A program made the translations under genes and the position numbers. A model generated the notes under the pieces. That model was not told the origin of the DNA and made no database searches. It worked only from the letters and a program-made list of their open reading frames with translations. Of a stretch of 64,000 bases of DNA, positions 58,309-64,000 are shown piece by piece; positions within the stretch are counted from its first letter, which is position 1; each line of letters starts with the position of its first letter. The DNA lies in the IMG/VR virus record IMGVR_UViG_3300032330_001040, positions 32,001-96,000 of that record. One strand, given 5' to 3'. The DNA is from a virus. Taxonomy: Duplodnaviria; Caudoviricetes.

Positions 58309-58586
58309 TGCCACTAATAGATTTTGATAAACTAGCTAAACAATATGAATCTGAAGATGATTTTGGATTCTCTGCGGTATCTGAAGAAGAATATAATTCA
58401 GTTATTAATAAAACAGCTGAAACAGCAGACGATTATAAAACAAGATTACAAGAAGTAGAAAAGATTATTATTCCTTTCCTTACAAAATTACATACGACTG
58501 GGGATAAAGAATATATATATTGGCCTAATAGAAAACCTATTATAGAAAAACAAATTGAAAGAATATTGAAACTGACGAAAGCTTAA
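58308..58586 (+). CDS. Conserved phage hypothetical protein
   Basis: DDFGFSAVSEEE...IIPFL...KEYIYWPNR. Confidence 0.65.
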   Translation: MPLIDFDKLAKQYESEDDFGFSAVSEEEYNSVINKTAETADDYKTRLQEVEKIIIPFLTKLHTTGDKEYIYWPNRKPIIEKQIERILKLTKA

Positions 58587-58587
58587 T

Positions 58588-59316
58588 ATGAGTGCTACTG
58601 TGATTATACCCACAACGGGTTCTGCTGAATTTCATCATGCTTTGAAATCTGTATTAGACCAAACATATGATACGAAATGTTATGTTGTCTGTGACGGTCC
58701 TGATTTTACATATGCTGTAAGAAATCATGTACAGTCTTTTAAAGACCATCCAAAATTTAAAAATATAAATGTTTGTAATTTACCAATCAATGTTGGTGCA
58801 AAAGGATTCTATGGACATAGAGTCTATGCTTCTTTTACACATTTAGTAGACACAGATTATGTAATGTACTTAGACCAAGATAATTGGTTATATCAAAGCC
58901 ATGTTGCCAAATGTATTGAAACAATTGAAACACGAAATCTTGATTGGTGTTATTCTTTAAGAAAAATTCATAAAAAGAATGGTGACTTTGCTTGTTTTGA
59001 TGATTGTGAATCCTTAGGTAAATGGCAAACTTATCACGGCATTTATCATATAGATACAAACTCATATTGCCTTAAGACAGATATTGCTGTAAAATTGGCT
59101 AGTGCATGGCATGGAGGTTGGGGCCAAGATAGAGTATTTTTACAAGCAGTAACTCAACATTTTCCTAAATGGGATTGTACAAATGAATACACGGTAAGTT
59201 ATCGTGTTGATGGAGGTAAAGGTTCTGTAAGTGAAGAATTTTTTATCAATGGTAATGAAATAATGAATGAACGATATAATGGAATATTCCCATGGCGAAC
59301 AAAGACTCTGACCTAG
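58588..59316 (+). CDS. Family-2 glycosyltransferase
   Basis: VIIPTTG...SVLDQT...VVCDG...YLDQDNW. Confidence 0.82.
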   Translation: MSATVIIPTTGSAEFHHALKSVLDQTYDTKCYVVCDGPDFTYAVRNHVQSFKDHPKFKNINVCNLPINVGAKGFYGHRVYASFTHLVDTDYVMYLDQDNWLYQSHVAKCIETIETRNLDWCYSLRKIHKKNGDFACFDDCESLGKWQTYHGIYHIDTNSYCLKTDIAVKLASAWHGGWGQDRVFLQAVTQHFPKWDCTNEYTVSYRVDGGKGSVSEEFFINGNEIMNERYNGIFPWRTKTLT

Positions 59317-60185
59317 TAATAGGTTTTATTACAGGATACAAATACGACCATAAAGTTGCTCCTTGGGCTGAATCATTGATTGAGTCTGGTTTTACTGGAA
59401 CAAAAATGATGGTCACATATAACATTGATAAAAGTGTTATAGAAAAATTACAAAGTTTAGGCTTTGTCGTTTTACCTTTTGAAAATAATGGTAAATTTAA
59501 TATTGTCAATATAAGATTTTTACATATGTGGCAATATCTCAAACATATCAAGATTAAACCTCGTTATATTATTTCTACTGACGTTGCAGATGTTGTATTT
59601 CAATCTAATCCATCAGATTGGTTGGAACAAAATATTGGCGATAAAAAACTTTGTGCTTCAGCTGAAAGTTTAAAATATAAAGATGAAACATGGGGTATTC
59701 ATAATATGTACCAATCTTTTGGTGATACAGCCGCACAATACATGGCGAATACACCAATTTATAATGCTGGGGTAACAGCAGGTACCTATGAAGAATATAT
59801 AGATTTATGTTATAATGTTTATTTACTTTGTAATGGCGCCCCTCAATTCGTTGAAGGTGGTGGTGGACCTGACCAAGCAGCTTTGAATCTACTCCTCTCA
59901 CTCAAACCATATAAAGATATTACATTGTATGCTAACCATGATGATGGTTGGGCTTGTCAATGTGGTACAACAGTAGACCCAAATAAAATTGATAAGTTCA
60001 GACCAAATCTATTGAGTCCAGAACCAGTTTGGAAAGACGGAGTGATGTATAATAGTAAAGGTGATAAGTATGCTATACTACATCAATACAATAGAGTACC
60101 AATGATTAATGATTATATAAGGAAGAAATATGAGCGAAGTTTTGACATTCAACACAACGACAGGTTTGTATACACCACCAATTAG
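59292..60185 (+). CDS. Glycosyltransferase-like (GT-A) protein
   Basis: RF...TDVADVVFQSNP...NAGV...DQAALN...ILHQYNR. Confidence 0.65.
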   Translation: MANKDSDLVIGFITGYKYDHKVAPWAESLIESGFTGTKMMVTYNIDKSVIEKLQSLGFVVLPFENNGKFNIVNIRFLHMWQYLKHIKIKPRYIISTDVADVVFQSNPSDWLEQNIGDKKLCASAESLKYKDETWGIHNMYQSFGDTAAQYMANTPIYNAGVTAGTYEEYIDLCYNVYLLCNGAPQFVEGGGGPDQAALNLLLSLKPYKDITLYANHDDGWACQCGTTVDPNKIDKFRPNLLSPEPVWKDGVMYNSKGDKYAILHQYNRVPMINDYIRKKYERSFDIQHNDRFVYTTN

Positions 60186-60786
60186 TGTTCAAACTAGCCA
60201 AGATCCTTGGCATAATTTGCCAGCCAAACAATGGGTACAAAAACAAATAGATTGGGCTAATCAATCCGAACCATCTGGTTTAGGACTTGTCGAACCTATT
60301 TCACAATTAAAAGGCGAACTAATTGGTGTTGAAATAGGTGTTTGTTTAGGTTCAACAACTGAGGCTTTTTTAAAAAAAATACGTAATATTAAAAAGCTTT
60401 ATGGTGTAGACAATTACCCTACTTTTATTGATTGGAATGGTGCTGATTATAGTGAAGAACGACAACAACTAATGAAAGAATATGCATCACATAAATTGTC
60501 GCAGTTTGGTGATAGAGTTGAATTGCGTTATGAATCTAGTACTGAGTTTGCAAAAACACTCAAAAAAGAATCTTTAGATTTTGTTTTCATTGATGGCGAC
60601 CATTCTGAGGAAGCTTCATATGCAGATTTTTGGAATTTTTATCCATTAGTTAAAACTGGTGGTATTTTTGCTGGGCATGATATTGTCTTACCAGATGTTG
60701 AAAAATCACTTAAAAACTTTTTAGCTGATAAATTTGATAAAGTAATCAGAGTTAGTAATAATGCTTGGTACTTGATTAAGGAATAA
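60130..60786 (+). CDS. Class I SAM-dependent methyltransferase
   Basis: GVEIGVCLG...DFVFIDGDHS...VKTGGIFAGHD. Confidence 0.85.
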   Translation: MSEVLTFNTTTGLYTPPISVQTSQDPWHNLPAKQWVQKQIDWANQSEPSGLGLVEPISQLKGELIGVEIGVCLGSTTEAFLKKIRNIKKLYGVDNYPTFIDWNGADYSEERQQLMKEYASHKLSQFGDRVELRYESSTEFAKTLKKESLDFVFIDGDHSEEASYADFWNFYPLVKTGGIFAGHDIVLPDVEKSLKNFLADKFDKVIRVSNNAWYLIKE

Positions 60787-60787
60787 T

Positions 60788-61351
60788 ATGCCACAATTAA
60801 CGATAGAACATTTACAACGATATTCAAAGACATATGCCTTTATTGAAAGTGGAACATATGAAGGTGATACTGTAAAAGCAGCATTAGAATATAATTTTGA
60901 ACATATTCATAGTATTGAAATTGAACCAAACTTATTTAAAGCAGCTGTTGAAAAATTTAAAGATGAACCTACTGTAAAAATATGGCAAGGAGATTCACCT
61001 GATGTCATTAGAGAAAATATTATAATGACATTAGAAAAACCTTCAACATTTTGGTTAGACGCACATAGAAGTTGGGCTTTGCAAACACCAGGTAGTGATA
61101 AGTATGGAGCCTGTCCTTTGTTACATGAACTTGATGCTATTGCTGAATCACCAATTAAGAATCATGTAATTATTGCTGATGATGTTAGATTGTTTGATAC
61201 AATCGGATGGGACTTTTTAAAGAAAGAACATTATATTGAAAAACTAATGAAAATTAATCCAAATTATGTGATTGAATATTTGGATGGTGGTTTTAGTTTT
61301 GGTAGACAATTTCCTCCTAATGATATTATGGTGGCCTATGTACCAGATTGA
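60788..61351 (+). CDS. Methyltransferase-like protein
   Basis: FIESGTYEG...SIEI...GDS...FWLDAH...IIADDVR. Confidence 0.65.
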   Translation: MPQLTIEHLQRYSKTYAFIESGTYEGDTVKAALEYNFEHIHSIEIEPNLFKAAVEKFKDEPTVKIWQGDSPDVIRENIIMTLEKPSTFWLDAHRSWALQTPGSDKYGACPLLHELDAIAESPIKNHVIIADDVRLFDTIGWDFLKKEHYIEKLMKINPNYVIEYLDGGFSFGRQFPPNDIMVAYVPD

Positions 61352-61352
61352 A

Positions 61353-62378
61353 ATGAAAAAACATAAAAAAATTATTATTTGGGGTGCCAAACCTTATACA
61401 GGACACACACATCAATTTGTTCATGGAGCATTTTATAATGCCGCCAAATTTTTAGGATTGAAAGTATTTTGGTTGGACAACAACGATAATATGCCTGATG
61501 ATTTTTTTGATAATGCTATTATTATTACAGAACAATGGTTGGTATTTCCTAATGGTTTGAGTATCAATAGTAATAAGTTGCCATTAAGAAAATCATCTAC
61601 TTATTTTGTACACTATGTTGGTAACAAAGGTGTTGTTGATGGTAATCCTAGTGTTGATATGTATCTTGGTAAAGTAGGTAGATTGGTTGATTATAGATTA
61701 TCTTGTAGTTGGGGAATCAATGGCGTAGAAGATAAGAACTATGCATATGAATTTAAAAAAGAAGAATGTGAAGAACTTGGTGGAGGTTCAGGTTATTATC
61801 AAAAAGGTGATAACTATGATTTCTTCTATTCATTTTGGGGAACAGATTTATTACCAACTGAAATAAATTTTGAAGATAGATTTACTCCATTCAAAGAACC
61901 AAAATATGCTTTCTTTGGTGGAACAATCACAAGTGGTTGGGGCAATCCAGAAGATGGTAATATTAATTATATTACTCCATTTGCCGAAGAATGTCAAAAA
62001 AACGGTGTTCTTTTTATTTGGAATGATTCACAGAGAAACCCACTTACACCACTAGAATTAAAACGAGCCTCAATCGAATCTTTTTTACCTATTGATGTTC
62101 GACCTAAGAATCATTTAGTAAACAAGTATGTACCTTGTAGAACAATTAAGAATTGTAGTTATGGTCAATTAGTTATAACAAATTCAAAAGCAGTACACGA
62201 TTTCTTTGGTGGTGATGTTGCTTACTCAGATAATACTGCTGAGTTATTTCATATTGCTAAAGAAATGCAAAGTGATCCTAAAACTAAAGATAAGATTTGG
62301 TGTCAAATGCACATGGTTAAAGACAAGCATACATATGTAAGTAGAATTATTGATATTGTTAATGTTGCGGAGAGATAA
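61353..62378 (+). CDS. Glycosyltransferase-like (GT-B) protein
   Basis: IIIWG...HTHQFVH...YVPCR..KN.SYG...HTYVSRI; in sugar cluster. Confidence 0.5.
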   Translation: MKKHKKIIIWGAKPYTGHTHQFVHGAFYNAAKFLGLKVFWLDNNDNMPDDFFDNAIIITEQWLVFPNGLSINSNKLPLRKSSTYFVHYVGNKGVVDGNPSVDMYLGKVGRLVDYRLSCSWGINGVEDKNYAYEFKKEECEELGGGSGYYQKGDNYDFFYSFWGTDLLPTEINFEDRFTPFKEPKYAFFGGTITSGWGNPEDGNINYITPFAEECQKNGVLFIWNDSQRNPLTPLELKRASIESFLPIDVRPKNHLVNKYVPCRTIKNCSYGQLVITNSKAVHDFFGGDVAYSDNTAELFHIAKEMQSDPKTKDKIWCQMHMVKDKHTYVSRIIDIVNVAER

Positions 62379-62379
62379 G

Positions 62380-63264
62380 ATGAAAATTTTAATTACAGGT
62401 CATATGGGTTTTGTTGGTAAATATTTTATGAGAAAATATGCCGACCATGATATTACAGGTATTGATATTAAAGAAGGTAATGATTGTAGAGACTTCTTTA
62501 AAACAAATACAGATAAGTTTGATTTAATTATTCACTTGGCTGCTATCGTTGGTGGTCGTCAAACGATTGAGGGTAATCCACTTTCAGTTGCAACAGACTT
62601 AGCGATTGATTCAGATATGATTCAATGGGCTCTTAGAACAAAACCAGGTCGTGTTGTTTACTTCTCATCATCTGCTGCTTATCCAATTTCATATCAAACA
62701 GGATTAAATGGGTTTAATCCAAATCCTAAAAATAATCTTAATGAATCAAACATTAATTTGAATGACTTAAAAATGCCAGACTTAACTTATGGTTGGGCTA
62801 AACTAACAGGCGAATATTGTTTACAATTTTTAGAAACAGAAGGCATTAAAGTAAACGTATTCAGACCATTTAGTGGTTATGGTACAGACCAAGATTTAGA
62901 TTATCCTTTCCCGTCATATATTCATCGTGCTAAATCTAGAAAAGACCCATTTGATATTTGGGGTGACGGCACGCAAGTTCGTGATTTTATTCATATGCAA
63001 GATATTGTTGATGCCGTTGATGAAGCAATTAAACAAGATATCAAAGGTCCAGTAAATCTTTGTTCTGGTGTGGCAACAACTTTTAATGAATTACAAGAAA
63101 TTGTTTGTGGTATTGCCGGTTATAGTCCTGAAGTAAATCATATTGTAGATGCACCTAAGGGCGTTTTATATCGTGTTGGTGATCCTACAAAAATGTTATC
63201 ATTCTATAAACCAAAAATCAATATCTATGATGGTATTGCTAGAGCATTGAGGGGTGAAATTTGA
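62380..63264 (+). CDS. NAD-dependent nucleotide-sugar epimerase/dehydratase
   Basis: LITGHMGFVG, IHLAA, SSSAAY, YGWAK (YxxxK), WGDGTQVRDFIH. Confidence 0.92.
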   Translation: MKILITGHMGFVGKYFMRKYADHDITGIDIKEGNDCRDFFKTNTDKFDLIIHLAAIVGGRQTIEGNPLSVATDLAIDSDMIQWALRTKPGRVVYFSSSAAYPISYQTGLNGFNPNPKNNLNESNINLNDLKMPDLTYGWAKLTGEYCLQFLETEGIKVNVFRPFSGYGTDQDLDYPFPSYIHRAKSRKDPFDIWGDGTQVRDFIHMQDIVDAVDEAIKQDIKGPVNLCSGVATTFNELQEIVCGIAGYSPEVNHIVDAPKGVLYRVGDPTKMLSFYKPKINIYDGIARALRGEI

Positions 63265-63590
63265 GAACCGATAGAGAATGGGGCTACTATACAGTATTAT
63301 TTGATGTACCCGGAAATAAAGTTAAAGAATTAGTTGTTAAACCAGGTAAATCTTTAAGTATGCAAAAACATGAAAAACGAAATGAATATTGGCATGTCGT
63401 TGAAGGAACAGGGAATGTTTTGATTGAAACTCGTTCTTCTAGTAATAATGTATTTTTAACTAAACAACATCATGTCAGCATTCCAAAACATTCGTGGCAC
63501 AAACTAACAAATACGGGCGATATTGATTTGAGAATTATTGAAATACAATATGGCGAAGAATGCATTGAAGAAGATATAGAAAGAAAATAA
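63261..63590 (+). CDS. Cupin protein, mannose-6-phosphate isomerase type II C-terminal-like
   Basis: REWG.Y...KELVVKPGKSLSMQKH.KRNEYW...H.L.N...IIEIQYG...EEDIER. Confidence 0.85.
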   Translation: MRTDREWGYYTVLFDVPGNKVKELVVKPGKSLSMQKHEKRNEYWHVVEGTGNVLIETRSSSNNVFLTKQHHVSIPKHSWHKLTNTGDIDLRIIEIQYGEECIEEDIERK

Positions 63591-63591
63591 T

Positions 63592-64000
63592 ATGAAAAAA
63601 ATATGTTTTATTGTACACCGTTATGCTCCATTTCCTGGTGGTTCTGAATATTATGTCCAACAAATGGCCGAAGAATGTCTTGCTAGAGGACATGATGTTA
63701 CTGTAATTACAGCAGAACATAAAGGAGATTTAAATGGTGTTAAAGTAACCAATAAAGGTCATATGGTTTTTGAGCCATACGATTTAATGGTAGTTCATGG
63801 TGGTGACGTTTCTGTTCAAAATCAAATTTTATTAAACGCTAATAATATTAAAACACCAATTCTTTATATGTTAATTAAACCATCAGAAAGTCCTGTTTGT
63901 TTACAGGCAATTAAAGATGTTTCATATATTGGTTGTTCAACACAAGAAGATTGGGAACACGTTAAAAAATGGGGTGTTGATTCTAAATCACACAAAGTTA
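63592..64000 (+). CDS. Family-4 (GT-B) glycosyltransferase, 3' truncated by window edge
   Basis: MKKICFIVHRYAPFPGGSEYYVQQMAEECLARGHDVTVIT; open to end of window. Confidence 0.75.
   Translation, partial: MKKICFIVHRYAPFPGGSEYYVQQMAEECLARGHDVTVITAEHKGDLNGVKVTNKGHMVFEPYDLMVVHGGDVSVQNQILLNANNIKTPILYMLIKPSESPVCLQAIKDVSYIGCSTQEDWEHVKKWGVDSKSHKV

Overview
This AT-rich 64-kb window is from a large T4-like myovirus. Its likely host is a Gram-negative aquatic bacterium; the Bug/TctC binding protein hints at Betaproteobacteria (inference). Left to right: (1) three tandem collagen-like fibre genes with C-terminal S74-type chaperone domains, followed by 2OG-Fe(II) oxygenases and glycosyltransferase fusions; (2) the T4 core virion block gp13-gp23; (3) two orphan solute-binding proteins, gp3 and a radical SAM enzyme; (4) uvsY/uvsW/gp55/gp47/gp46, peptide deformylase, gp45/44/62, regA and hsp20; (5) a tRNA cluster with structured spacer RNAs, a degenerate tRNA-Gly and rubrerythrin/rubredoxin; (6) the only minus-strand block, an ~8-kb envelope operon encoding two small membrane proteins, CsgF, CsgG, a curlin-like protein, a FecR-domain protein, a CHASE2 adenylate cyclase and an autotransporter-like protein; (7) gp43/uvsX/gp41; and (8) a sugar-modification cluster running off the right end. 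The strongest candidates for undescribed biology are the curli-FecR-cyclase trans-envelope module, the equal-length collagen fibres with an adjacent hydroxylation/glycosylation set, and several structured RNAs. All family calls come from motif recognition and synteny by eye; no searches were run.
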